Shown: positions 8,938 through 19,300 of the stretch, one piece after another
How the letters are laid out: each line of letters begins with the position of its first letter
Position numbering within the stretch: the stretch's first letter is position 1
NCBI GenBank assembly: GCA_044222065.1
Contig: JBGAOA010000006.1
Location: forward strand, 1 to 64,000
From: Candidatus Eiseniibacteriota bacterium
GTDB lineage: Bacteria > Eisenbacteria > RBG-16-71-46
Length of the DNA stretch: 64,000 nucleotides
Direction of reading: 5' to 3'
The notes under the pieces: model-generated
The model's input: only the letters and a program-made list of their open reading frames with translations
What the model was told of the DNA's origin: nothing
The model's database searches: none
Program-made: the position numbers and the translations under genes

Positions 8938-10476
8938 ATGCCCCCGAAATCCCGCCGCACACGCGCCGAAGCCGTCCGCACCGTCGCCGTCCTCACCGCC
9001 GCCCTGTCGCTCGCCGCAATGGCGCCCGCCGGTGTCGCCCTCGCGAAGGCCGCCGCTTCCGACCCGTTCGCCGACATCCGCCGCGAGATCGCGGCGCGGC
9101 ACGAGACGTCCGTGAAGCGGCTGCAGGACTGGATCGCGCTGCCGTCCATCGCGGCCGAGAATCTCAATTCCGCCGAAGGCGCCGAGTACATGGCGACGCT
9201 CGCGCGGGACGCGGGCTTCCAGAACGTCACGATCGTTCCGACCGACGGCAAGCCCGGCGTGTTCGCCACGCTCGATGCCGGCGCGCAGAAGACGGTCGGG
9301 CTCTACTTCATGTACGACGTGAAGCAGTTCGACCCCGCCGAGTGGACGTCGCCGCCGCTGGAATCGCGCATCGTGGACAAGGCCGGGTTCGGCAAGGTGC
9401 TCGTCGGCCGAGGTGCCGTGAACCAGAAGGGGCCCGAGGCCGCGTTCCTCGCCGCGCTGCATGCAATCCGCGGCGCCGGGAAGAAGCTGCCCGTGAATCT
9501 CGTGCTCGTCGCCGAGGGCGAAGAGGAGATCGGCTCGCCGCACATTGGGCAGATCGTGCACCGGCCCGAGGTCGAAGCGGCGCTCCGCCGCTGCGTCGGC
9601 GTGTTCATGCCGTCGGCCTCGCAGGACCCGGACGGCGTCGTCACGGTGAGCCTCGGCGCGAAGGGCGTCGTCGAACTGGAGCTCGTCTCGAGCGGCGAGA
9701 CGTGGGGGCGCGGGCCCGGAAAGGACATCCACTCGTCGCTCAAGGCCATGGTGGACAGCCCGGCGTGGCACCTCGTGAAGGCGCTCAACACGCTCGTCTC
9801 GGAGGACGGGAACACGATCACGATCGACGGTTACCCGACGCCGCGCCCGGTCTCGGACGAAGAGCGCGCGATGATCACGACCGCGGTGGGACGGCGCAGC
9901 GAGGAGAAGGCGAAGAAGTCGCTTTCGGTGCGGCACTGGATCGACGACCTGTCGTGGGTCGACGCGAACGTGCGGCTCGAATCGCAGCCGACCGTGAACA
10001 TCGAAGGGCTCGTCGGCGGTTACACGGGTCCGGGCGGCAAGACGATCCTGCCGCATCGCGCGGCGGCGAAGCTCGACCTGCGTCTCGTGCCCGACATGCG
10101 CAAGGACGCCGCCGTCGAGGCGCTGAAGGCGCACCTCGCGAAGCGCGGCTTCGGCGACCTCGAAGTGAACGTCACGGGCGGCTACGACCCGACGAGCACC
10201 GCCGCGTCGTCGCGGCTCATCCAGGCGCAGGTCGCCGTGCTGAAGCGCGCCGGCCTCGATCCCGTGCTGTGGCCGCGCAACGCCGGCTCGTATCCGGGCT
10301 ACGTGTTCACGGGCGAACCGCTGAAGCTCGCCTCGGGACACTTCGGCCTCGGCCACGGCAGCGGCGCGCACGCGCCCGACGAGTACTACGTGATCGAGTC
10401 GTCGAATCCGAACGTGCAGGGCTTCGACGGCGCGACGCTGTCGTTCGCGCAGTACCTCTACGAGCTGGCGAAGTAG
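8938..10476 (+). CDS. Secreted M20/M25/M40 family metallopeptidase
   Basis: MYDVK, GRGAVNQKG, EGEEEIGS, DIHS, GAHAPDEY; GGAGG RBS before the ATG at 8938. Confidence 0.9.
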   Translation: MPPKSRRTRAEAVRTVAVLTAALSLAAMAPAGVALAKAAASDPFADIRREIAARHETSVKRLQDWIALPSIAAENLNSAEGAEYMATLARDAGFQNVTIVPTDGKPGVFATLDAGAQKTVGLYFMYDVKQFDPAEWTSPPLESRIVDKAGFGKVLVGRGAVNQKGPEAAFLAALHAIRGAGKKLPVNLVLVAEGEEEIGSPHIGQIVHRPEVEAALRRCVGVFMPSASQDPDGVVTVSLGAKGVVELELVSSGETWGRGPGKDIHSSLKAMVDSPAWHLVKALNTLVSEDGNTITIDGYPTPRPVSDEERAMITTAVGRRSEEKAKKSLSVRHWIDDLSWVDANVRLESQPTVNIEGLVGGYTGPGGKTILPHRAAAKLDLRLVPDMRKDAAVEALKAHLAKRGFGDLEVNVTGGYDPTSTAASSRLIQAQVAVLKRAGLDPVLWPRNAGSYPGYVFTGEPLKLASGHFGLGHGSGAHAPDEYYVIESSNPNVQGFDGATLSFAQYLYELAK

Positions 10477-10590
10477 CGAGTCGTGTGTGCGACGCGTGCC
10501 CGGTGCGTCGGCCGGGGGCGCATCGCGCATTCCGGGCTTGTTCGAGCTCGGACGATCCGCCATCCTCGCGCCGCGCGCAGGGCGCAACCG

Positions 10591-10693
10591 GTCCGTGGAC
10601 AGGGATCTTCCCACCTGACGCTTTTCGAGTCGTCGCTCGCTACGAACCTTCTGCCCGATCGTACGGACATGGGCGCACACGGAGGCTCGTAGT
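10591..10693 (+). promoter_or_regulatory. Candidate structured cis-regulatory 5' leader
   Basis: GTCCGT(10591)/ACGGAC(10663) pairing; CCTTC-TGCCC(10647-10656) complementary to GGGCG..GGAGG (10671-10685, includes the SD); two small hairpins. Confidence 0.45.
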
Positions 10694-12316
10694 ATGTCCG
10701 GCCACGACCACGATTCCTCGTTCCCCTCGTTCGACCGCCTGCGCCAGATCGCGAAGAAGCTCGTGCGCGATTGCCGCGCGGGCGACCCCGCCACGCTCGC
10801 GCGCGTGCGAGCGCAGTTGCCGCGCCTCGCGGCGCTCGATTCCGCCGCTGCCGCCGCGAACGTGCGGCTCGCCGACGTCCAGCACGCGCTCGCACGCGAG
10901 GCGCAGGTCGAGAACTGGGCCGCGCTCAAGGCGCTCGTTCATTCGCAGGAGCCGCTGATCGCGCAGGTCGCGCGATTCCTGCGCGCGATCGGTCACGGCG
11001 ACGGCGCCACGATGCGGCGCGTGCTCGAGACCCATCCCGAGGTCGCGCGCAGCAGCCTCTTCGCGGCGTGCGCCGCCGTGGACCGCTCCGCGGTCGAGGC
11101 GTGGCTCGCGCGCGACGCGACTCACGCGACCGCGCGCTTCGGCGACACCGGCTGGACGCCGCTCGACTGCCTCGCCGCCTCGCCGTTGTTCGACGCGGAC
11201 GACGTGCATCGCGCGGCGTCCGTCGCGATCGGGGAGCGGCTGCTCGCGCTCGGCGCCGATCCGAATCACGCGACAAAGCCTCCCGGCGGAGGCGAAGGCG
11301 CGCTCACGGCGCTCTACCGCGCGAGCGAGCTCGGAAACGCCGGGCTCGTGAAGTTGCTGCTCGAGCGCGGCGCGAACCCGAACGACGGCGAGTCCGCCTA
11401 TCACGCGGCCGAGCGCAATCACCGCGACGTGCTCGAATTGCTGCTCGCGCACGGCGCCGAGATCTCGGCCGCGCACCAGCCCTGGAACAACACCGTGCTC
11501 TACTTCCTCGCGGGCTACCGGAGCGAGCATCCGAGGGCGAGGGACGCGACGCTCGGCATGCAGTGGCTGCTCGAGCACGGCGCCGATCCGAACGTGCCGA
11601 GCTACGACCATCGCGAAACGCCGCTGCACCGGCTCGCGGCCCACGAACGGGGCACCGACGCGGTGCGCCTGCTGCTCGATCACGGAGCGGATCCGTTGCG
11701 ACCGCGCGCGGACGGCCGCACGCCGTACGACCTCGCGATGCGCGCCGGCAACGAGCCCGTCGTGGCGCTCCTTCGCGAGCGGGGCGCGCCGGCGGCTCCG
11801 CTGCGCCCGGTGGACGAGCTGCTCCACGCGTGCGCCGTCGGCGACGGCGCGCGCATCGAGGCGCTGCTCGCCGCGCGTCCGGAGCTTCGCGATGAGCTTC
11901 GCGCGAGCGAGCCCGGAGCGCTGCACGCCGCCGCGGAACTCGGGCGCATCGAAGCTGTGCGCGCGCTCGTCGGGCTCGGCTTCGATCTCGCGTACGAAGG
12001 TCCGTGGGGCGGAACGGCGCTGCACTGGGCGGCATGGCACGGGCGCGTCGAAGCGGTGAGAGGACTGCTCGAACTCGGCGCGCCGGTGAACGTGCGCGAC
12101 CACCGCTACGGCAGCTCGCCGATCGCGTGGGCGGCGCACGGTTCCGCGAACTGCCGGTCGGCCGACGACGAGTACATCGCGATCGTGGATCTGCTGCTCG
12201 AGGCCAAGTCCGAGCGGGAGCCGTCGTTCAACCGCTGGAACGAGGCGCCGGAGTCGCTCGCGAGCGATGCGGTGGCCGACCATCTGCGCGCACGCGGATT
12301 CGCTCCGGAGGCGTGA
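10694..12316 (+). CDS. Ankyrin repeat protein
   Basis: Repeated LLERGANPN / LLEHGADPN / ETPLH / GTALHWAA; N-terminal LRQIAKKL..LADVQHALARE..W helical domain. Confidence 0.92.
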   Translation: MSGHDHDSSFPSFDRLRQIAKKLVRDCRAGDPATLARVRAQLPRLAALDSAAAAANVRLADVQHALAREAQVENWAALKALVHSQEPLIAQVARFLRAIGHGDGATMRRVLETHPEVARSSLFAACAAVDRSAVEAWLARDATHATARFGDTGWTPLDCLAASPLFDADDVHRAASVAIGERLLALGADPNHATKPPGGGEGALTALYRASELGNAGLVKLLLERGANPNDGESAYHAAERNHRDVLELLLAHGAEISAAHQPWNNTVLYFLAGYRSEHPRARDATLGMQWLLEHGADPNVPSYDHRETPLHRLAAHERGTDAVRLLLDHGADPLRPRADGRTPYDLAMRAGNEPVVALLRERGAPAAPLRPVDELLHACAVGDGARIEALLAARPELRDELRASEPGALHAAAELGRIEAVRALVGLGFDLAYEGPWGGTALHWAAWHGRVEAVRGLLELGAPVNVRDHRYGSSPIAWAAHGSANCRSADDEYIAIVDLLLEAKSEREPSFNRWNEAPESLASDAVADHLRARGFAPEA

Positions 12317-12546
12317 CGACGATCGTCGAGGAGCGGAAGCGGTGGCGGGCCGGCGACGGCCCGTTGCCGCGGCCGCCATTGCCGAGACGCCGAACGCGCG
12401 TTCTGCGCAACAAAGACCCATGAGCCCGAGCCACGGCCCGCGGGCAGCGACGAGTCCTCGCGAAACGCCGCATTCGTCCGTCCAACAGGGAGAGGCCGCC
12501 GTCACGGCGACGGCGAGCTGGCGAATCCGAACTTGGGAGATCGACG

Positions 12547-13731
12547 ATGAACGTCTGGGACGAAACGCACGTGCCGGCCGCGGCCGAGCACGCAAGGCAG
12601 CGGCGACGGTCACTGCGTGTCACGAGCCTCACGTGGGTCCTTGCGGCGCTCGCCGCATCACCCGTGTGTGCGCAAGTCGAGGACGATGGATGCAGGCGTG
12701 TGGCGCCGGTCGAGCTGTACTACACGAGCACGTTCCAGGGGCAGGATTCTCCGGCGGTTGCGATCGCCCGGGCGAAGGACATTCTCGAGTACGTCTCCAA
12801 GTTCTACGTCAACGAGATCAACCTGCGATTCGAACTGATCGGCGAGCCGACGATCGTGCCGTCGCACGTCGTCTGGGCCGGCGAGTTCAGGTCGGACTCG
12901 AGTTTGAATCGGTTCAAGCGGTGGCGGGGGCCGTCGCCGGGGCGACTCAAGCTCCTTCTTGCCAAGGGAGTTTCCTACGGAGATTCCTTCGATGAAGTGC
13001 GCCGTGGCATCGGCGACACGGGAGAACCCTGCGGCGCCGAACACGGCTTCGCGATCGCCGGCGGTGATTGGGACGAGGAACGGATCGTGGTGCTTGCGCA
13101 CGAGATTGGACACAACCTCGGAGCGTGGCACGACAACGACTGTGCGTGGCGAACGACCGGGCTGCTCGACACGAGTCGCTCGACGATCAACGAGGGTGGG
13201 CTGCCCTGCTGTCTGATCGTCGATCCGGGATGTGACTCGCCCCCTTGTCTGGAGCTTTGCGAGGAATGCGTGCCCGAATGCAAGCGGCACTGTGACAACA
13301 CGTGTCGCCCCGCAACCTACTTCGCGTCGACGCTCATGAATCCATCCGCGAGCGAACTCGAGCTCGGGCCCATCATCTCCACGTGGTTGCGACGCAAGGT
13401 CGTCGAGTGTTGCTTCACCTCGGAGTGCGCGGGGCCGCCGCCGCAGGAGGATCCCGGTGATGTCCTTCGAGCGTCCTCGCTTCGTGTCCACTCGGCGACG
13501 ATCGACGGCCAGCGAGTCCGCGTGGACTTCACGACTCCGCACCGGGCGACTGTGACGCTGGAAGTTCTCGATCTCGGAGGTCGCAGGCTGGGAATGCTTC
13601 CGCGCATCGACCGGGCGGCCGGGCGTCACTCGCTCACGATCGAACTCGCGCGTCGTCCCGCTCCGGGCGTCTACTTCGTCCGCGTGAGCGACGGTGCGCG
13701 CGGCGCGCGGCAGCGGCTCCTGATCCGCTGA
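12547..13731 (+). CDS. Secreted M12/reprolysin-like zinc metalloprotease with C-terminal sorting domain
   Basis: HEIGHNLGAWHD zinc motif (13099), Met-turn TLMNP, C-terminal DLGGRRL..PAPGVYFVRV. Confidence 0.85.
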   Translation: MNVWDETHVPAAAEHARQRRRSLRVTSLTWVLAALAASPVCAQVEDDGCRRVAPVELYYTSTFQGQDSPAVAIARAKDILEYVSKFYVNEINLRFELIGEPTIVPSHVVWAGEFRSDSSLNRFKRWRGPSPGRLKLLLAKGVSYGDSFDEVRRGIGDTGEPCGAEHGFAIAGGDWDEERIVVLAHEIGHNLGAWHDNDCAWRTTGLLDTSRSTINEGGLPCCLIVDPGCDSPPCLELCEECVPECKRHCDNTCRPATYFASTLMNPSASELELGPIISTWLRRKVVECCFTSECAGPPPQEDPGDVLRASSLRVHSATIDGQRVRVDFTTPHRATVTLEVLDLGGRRLGMLPRIDRAAGRHSLTIELARRPAPGVYFVRVSDGARGARQRLLIR

Positions 13732-13789
13732 CCCCCCGCAGCGCGTCGAATCCCGCAGCCCGCGATACCGGTATTCGAGGGCGGCGCGC

Positions 13790-15289
13790 CTAGCGCGCCG
13801 CCTTCACTGCGGCCGCGCCCTCGGCCCAGGCGCGTACGGCGCCGCACAGGACTTCGCGCGGGTCCACGCGATGGTTCCAGAGCCGGCCTTCCATCGTCTG
13901 AGTCGGCACGCGCGTGTCTGCGAGCACCGAGAAGTCCTGGAGCTGGGCCGGGAGGTCCGAATTGCCGACGCCGAAGAACGCGAGCGGGCGCAGCCGGTAC
14001 ATCATCGCGATCAGTCCCGCGCGGCCCTCCAGATCGATGGTCTGAAAGTCGCCGTGGGTGGGCGCGAAGATCACCGCGGCGGGACGGCGGCGGATCGAGC
14101 CGATGAGCGAGCGCGGGTGGTCCTGATCGATGAGGACGACTTCGATCTGGTGCTCCGTGTCGATCGGCAGCGACCACGTCAGCGCCTGCGGATTCCGCCG
14201 CAGCGCGTTCGCGACCTGTCCCTCGCCGAGCGGCGCCGACATCGCCGACAGCGCCTGCACGCCGCATTCGAGGTCGGTGACGAGCAGGCATCGCCAGGAC
14301 TGCATCGGCTTTCCGGCGGGCGGCCACTGGCGCAGCTGGTCGCGCGTCAGGATCTGCAGCTCGCCGAGCGCATTCGGTTCCGAGACCGTCGCGATGATGG
14401 ACTCGGCGAGCACGGCGGACGGTTCGGCCGGCGGATCGAGCACGTCTTGGTCCTCGGGCTCGTCGTCCACGATCGGGCGCGGTTTCGGCTTCGCGCCCTC
14501 GGCGCCGGCGTTCGCTTCGTCGAGGCGGCGGGCGGCCTCCATGACGAGCGCGGGCACGGTCTGGAAGATCGTCACCGGCAGTTCGCCGTCGATCACCCAG
14601 TCGCCCGGGCTGAACTCGAATTGCGCGTCCTTGTGGGCGATCAGCGTGTAGATCGCCTCTTCGCCCTCGACGTTTCCGATCACGGCGTGCGTGATCCGGC
14701 CCTGCGTGAAGTAGACGTGCCCCTCGCCGTGGCGCGTGAGGAACGTCAGCCGTCCGGTCGCCGCGGCGACCTCGAGCAGTCCGACGAGGTCGGTGAAGTC
14801 GAGCGCGGTGAGGTCGCCCGAGAGCGTGTAGCGGCGCCCCGAAAGCCGGCGACGATGCTCGCGCTCGCTGCGCAGGTTCGCCCGGATGCGTGCGGTGATC
14901 TCGCGCAGCGAGCCGGGAAGGCCCATGCAGTCGCGCGCCCCGGCATCGAGCAGGTCCGAGATCGCGGTCGGCCCGTGGTCCTCGGCGAGGACGAGCACGG
15001 GCACCGTGCGCAGGCGGCGGTCCTCGCGGCAGCGCTTCACGAACTGCAGCGCCTGCGGGTCCATCGGGCGCGCGTGCGCGACGATCAGGTCCACGCGCGT
15101 GCGCGTCAGGATCTCGATCGCCTGCGTCGGTTCGGACGCCGTGTCGAAGGCGCAACCCAGTCGCTCGGCGACGAGCGGAGGCAGTTCGCTCGAGAGCGAC
15201 TCGTCCGAGGACAGCAGCAGCACCCGCGAGTCGGCGAGGCCGTGAGCGTCGTGCGCGTTCGGGCTCATGCCGAGTGCGGCGTCGGGCAT
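13790..15289 (-). CDS. Atypical receiver domain + DUF4388 (PatA-N-like) protein
   Basis: Receiver-like fold (RVLLLSSDE..VDLIVAH..VPVLVL..LDAGARD), then LSGDLTALDFTDLVGLL..TGRL..GHVYFTQGRITHA..GEEA; start at 15289 or 15268. Confidence 0.8.
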   Translation of the reverse strand: MPDAALGMSPNAHDAHGLADSRVLLLSSDESLSSELPPLVAERLGCAFDTASEPTQAIEILTRTRVDLIVAHARPMDPQALQFVKRCREDRRLRTVPVLVLAEDHGPTAISDLLDAGARDCMGLPGSLREITARIRANLRSEREHRRRLSGRRYTLSGDLTALDFTDLVGLLEVAAATGRLTFLTRHGEGHVYFTQGRITHAVIGNVEGEEAIYTLIAHKDAQFEFSPGDWVIDGELPVTIFQTVPALVMEAARRLDEANAGAEGAKPKPRPIVDDEPEDQDVLDPPAEPSAVLAESIIATVSEPNALGELQILTRDQLRQWPPAGKPMQSWRCLLVTDLECGVQALSAMSAPLGEGQVANALRRNPQALTWSLPIDTEHQIEVVLIDQDHPRSLIGSIRRRPAAVIFAPTHGDFQTIDLEGRAGLIAMMYRLRPLAFFGVGNSDLPAQLQDFSVLADTRVPTQTMEGRLWNHRVDPREVLCGAVRAWAEGAAAVKAAR

Positions 15290-15799
15290 GCGCGCTCGGG
15301 CGACACGCGAATGCCGAGCGGCATGGAGTTCGCGGCGTGTCGAGTCGCCGAACGGAGGTCGAGTGCGGGTGCGCGCATGGATCCCGGTGAAGAGAGACGG
15401 AACGGAGCCCGGAGTCGCCGAGGATCCGCGACCGGGCGCCGGAAGGGTCGAGTTCACGTCAGGTATCGTCCCGTTCGTCGCGTCGCTGGAGTCTGCGCTG
15501 ATCGGGGGGAGGAAGCCCGGCGCGGCCCGTTCCGCCGTCACGGGAGGGGACGCGGGCATCCTCTTCTTCCGAAACAACTTGCCCCGCGGCCGGCGACCGA
15601 CCCGGTGTGCGAGGTCCCGCCGCCTCCCGCGCTCCGAACTCCGCCTCGCGCGGAGCTCTGCTTCCGTGACGAATCGCGCGCTCGCGAATTGACTTGAGCG
15701 AGCCCCGCCCTCGGTCGGGCTCACCGTGGCCCTCACGCCGTCCGGCGCGGGCCGGTCCCTTGCCCCCGCCGCCCGCCCGCGGCGCACGAGGAGCGCGTC

Positions 15800-16291
15800 A
15801 TGAACGCAAGGCTCTCTCTGGTCACGCTCGCTTCCCTCTCGACGTTTGCCGCCGCTGCGATGGCCGCCGATGCGACGAATCCGCAGGCGGCTTCCGTGAT
15901 CCTCAAGCCCGCGCCCGCGGCGACGACGGAACGGGCTCAGCCGGCGCCGTCCGCGACGACCGGCGCTGCGGTTCGTCCGGCGCTCACCGCCGACCAGAAG
16001 GTGCTCGAGAACGTGCTCGAGCGCGGCCAGGCCGAGATCGCCGCGCTCACTCAGAGCGCGCAGGCGATGCCGGAGGGCGCGGCGCGGCTCTCGATCGAGC
16101 GCAAGGTCGTCGAGGCCAAGCTGCGCTGGCGAGTCGAGTTCCTGCGCACGCTCGCGGGACAGCAGCGCGCGAAGGGTGAAGTCGCCGCCGCGCAGAACAC
16201 CGACGCGCTGATCGACCAGCTGCTCCATCCGAAACCGCTGCCCGCCCGCAACGAACCGCAGAGCCCGAATCGCTCCGGCGCGGTCAAGTGA
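15800..16291 (+). CDS. Hypothetical secreted helical protein
   Basis: GAGGAG RBS, signal peptide, helical/coiled-coil body; stop is 11 nt before the protease gene. Confidence 0.75.
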   Translation: MNARLSLVTLASLSTFAAAAMAADATNPQAASVILKPAPAATTERAQPAPSATTGAAVRPALTADQKVLENVLERGQAEIAALTQSAQAMPEGAARLSIERKVVEAKLRWRVEFLRTLAGQQRAKGEVAAAQNTDALIDQLLHPKPLPARNEPQSPNRSGAVK

Positions 16292-16302
16292 GGAGACGAG
16301 CC

Positions 16303-19300
16303 ATGAGGACCTCGCAGCGAACCTGGTTCGCGGCGGTGCTCGCGCTCGTCGCGCTGGCCGCCGCGCGTCCGCTCCACGCCGAGAGCGTGGACGGAGCCCG
16401 CGCTCCCGCATCCGAAACGACGACCAAGTCCGATGCCGCCCCGAAGGCGTTCTCCGTCGCGCGGGGCGTATCGGTTGAAGCGAATCTCAAGACCACGACG
16501 CTCGCCGCGCTCGACATCGCGCCGCTCCTCGCCGAGGACGAGGCGAAAGAGAAGGGCAATCCGCTGCGCACCGGCGTGAGCCGCGATCTCAAGCTGCGCG
16601 CCCCCGAGGGCGGCTGGACGAAGGCGCCCGACGGCTGGATCTGGGCCGTCGAAGTGCGCTCGACGGATGCGAAAGCGATCCGTCTCCACTTCACGCTCAT
16701 GGACGCCGCCGCCGGCGTCGAAGTGCTGAGCTACTCGCCGGACCGGCCCGACGATCTGTCGCCCGTCTACGGCGGGCGCGGCCCGCTCGGCGACGGCGAC
16801 TTCTGGACGCCGTTCGTGGCGGGCGACCGCATCCGCGCCGAGTGCTTCGTGCCGGGCGAGTCCGCGACGCCTCCGGCCAAGGTGCCGTTCACGATCGATG
16901 CGGCGCTCCACATGTACCGCTCGCCGTTCGAGGCCGTGGGCAAGGGCTCGGGCGACGCGATCGAAGAAGGCGGCTGTCACAACGACGTGATGTGCTTCCC
17001 GGCGTGGGGCCTCGAACGCGACGCCACGGCGCGCATCGACTTCGTCGTTGGAGGCAGCGGCTTCCTGTGCACCGGGCAGCTGATCAACACGCTCATCACC
17101 GACCTCACGCCCTACTTCCTGACCGCGAACCACTGCATCTCGAGCAACGCGGTCGCGAACACCGCCGTCATCTCGTGGAACTGGCAGACGAGCTCGTGCG
17201 GCGGCTCGGTGCCGGCGTTCGGCTCGCTGCCCACCTCGAGCGTGTGCACGCTGCTCTCGAACGGCGCGACGTCGGACTACTCGCTGCTGATGGTCGAGGG
17301 GACGCTTCCCGGCGGCCGCGGCTGGGTCGGCTGGAACTCGGGCGGCGTCGGCTTCAACACGTCCGTCACGTGCGTTCATCACCCGGACGGCGCGTTCAAG
17401 CGCATCAGCTTCGGCGCCACGCAGCTCATTCCGTTCTGCGGCGGCACGGCGTTCGATCACATCGGCGTCGGCTGGGGGAGCGGCGTCACCGAACCGGGAT
17501 CGTCGGGCAGCGGCCTCTACAACAGCTCGACCCACCAGCTCATCGGTCAGCTGCACTGCGGCGCCTCGAGCTGCTCCAACCTCGGAGGGCAGGACTCCTA
17601 CGGCGCGTTCTCTTCGACCTACGGACCGATCTCGGGGTTCCTGAACGCCGGCAGCGACGACGGCTTCGAGAACAACGACGCTTGCGCGTCCGCCTGGGGC
17701 CTTTCGAACGGCGGCTACGGCGGCATGATCGTGAAGAGCGGGGACGAAGACTGGTTCTCGCTGGCGGCCGGCCCGAACGCCCAGGTCAGCGTGTCGATCT
17801 CGTTCACGCACGCGTTCGGCGACATCGACATGGGGCTCTACACGGCGTGCGGCACGCTCGTCGCGAGTTCGACGAGCACGGGCAACTCCGAGACGATCAA
17901 CTACACGAACACGACGGGCGCCTCCCCGCTGTTCCTGCGCGTCTACCTGTTCTCCGATACCCGCAACCAGTACAGCCTGAGCGTGAACGTCACGGCGGCG
18001 CCGAACCTCAACGCGACGGTGACGCCTTCGGGCTTCAGCTGGCCGATCGTTCCCCGCACGTCGAACGACGCGGGCTTCTTCAACGCGGTGCTGCCTGCGA
18101 CGCTGAACGGCGACGTCGGCAACACGTGGCTCAACTGGGCCATCCAGCACGAGGGCCCGGGCACGATCGGTCCCGGCTGGGACACGCAGATCAAGCTCGA
18201 CTGGGGCGCCGTGATCGCCTCCGGCGGTGTCGGCCCGGGTTCCGGCCCGACGTCGTACCAGGCGCTGAACGTCGGCGCGTACACGATCCCCGGCGGACGT
18301 CACTCGCTCACGAACTCGGTCGACACGCCGAACGCCGTTCTCGAGTCGAACGAGTCCGACAACGTCTGGACGGGTCAGTACGTGTGGAGTCCGACGCCGC
18401 TCGTGGATCAGGCGAGCGCATTGCGCGCGCCCGCGCCGCATCCGGGCTTCTACGCGACCCCGAATTGCGACGGCTACGCCGGATCGGGCGCGTACTGGGG
18501 CGCCTTCGGCATCATTCCGCAGGGCGTCAACGACTACGATCTTCAGCTCTTCAACGACTACAGCGGCAGCCTGACGGGATTCCAATCGTCTCTCGTTGGC
18601 TCGTTCTGGGGCGGATCAGCGAGCGACTTCGTGATCTGGAACAACAACTGGCTGGGCTTCGGTTCGAGCCGGCAGGCCGGCGTGACGCGCTTCGCGGGCG
18701 GCACCGGGAACTACGCGGTGCACCACAGCAACGAAGTGACGAGCGTGTTCGGTGTGCCCACGACGTACGGCAGCTCGTACGTGACGCCGAACATCACGAT
18801 CGGCGGACAGGAAGTCCTGAAGCTGCACGAGGTCTATCTCGACGCGACGTCGGCGCCCACGTTCGCCTTCACGGTCGAAAACCTCTCCGGCACGGCGCGG
18901 CTCAACTGCTCGCTGTACGACCAGGCGGGGACGTACTTCGCCAAGTCCAACTACCTCGCCGCCGGGTTCTCGAGCGGACCGGGCGGGAACGCGACGATGA
19001 ACTACCTGCCGACGACCTCGGGCTGGTACGTCGTCGCGGTGTGGAAGTCCGACGGCGACGACATCGGCCTCGCGAACACCTACCAGCTCCGCATCGGACC
19101 CGCGCTCTCGAACCTGAGCGAGACGATCGCTCCGGAGACCGGGTGGGACGACGTCGTCGTCCCGCGCAACGACGGCACGGGAGGCACGACCGTGTCGCCG
19201 ACGCTCGACGGTAACGCCACGAACACCTACGCCTCCTGGCTCATCGGGCAACTCGGGCCGAACAACATGCCGGCGTGGTCCACGCAGGTGAATCTCGACG

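Noticed and set aside
13000..13017. RRGIGD in the M12 protease as another RGIGG site
   Set aside because: Only a partial match built from common residues, with no supporting context.
15319..15333. CGGCATGGAGTTCGC as a sigma54 -24/-12 promoter
   Set aside because: GG-N10-GC spacing is right but the match is imperfect and about 470 nt from the next plus-strand gene; not distinguishable from chance.
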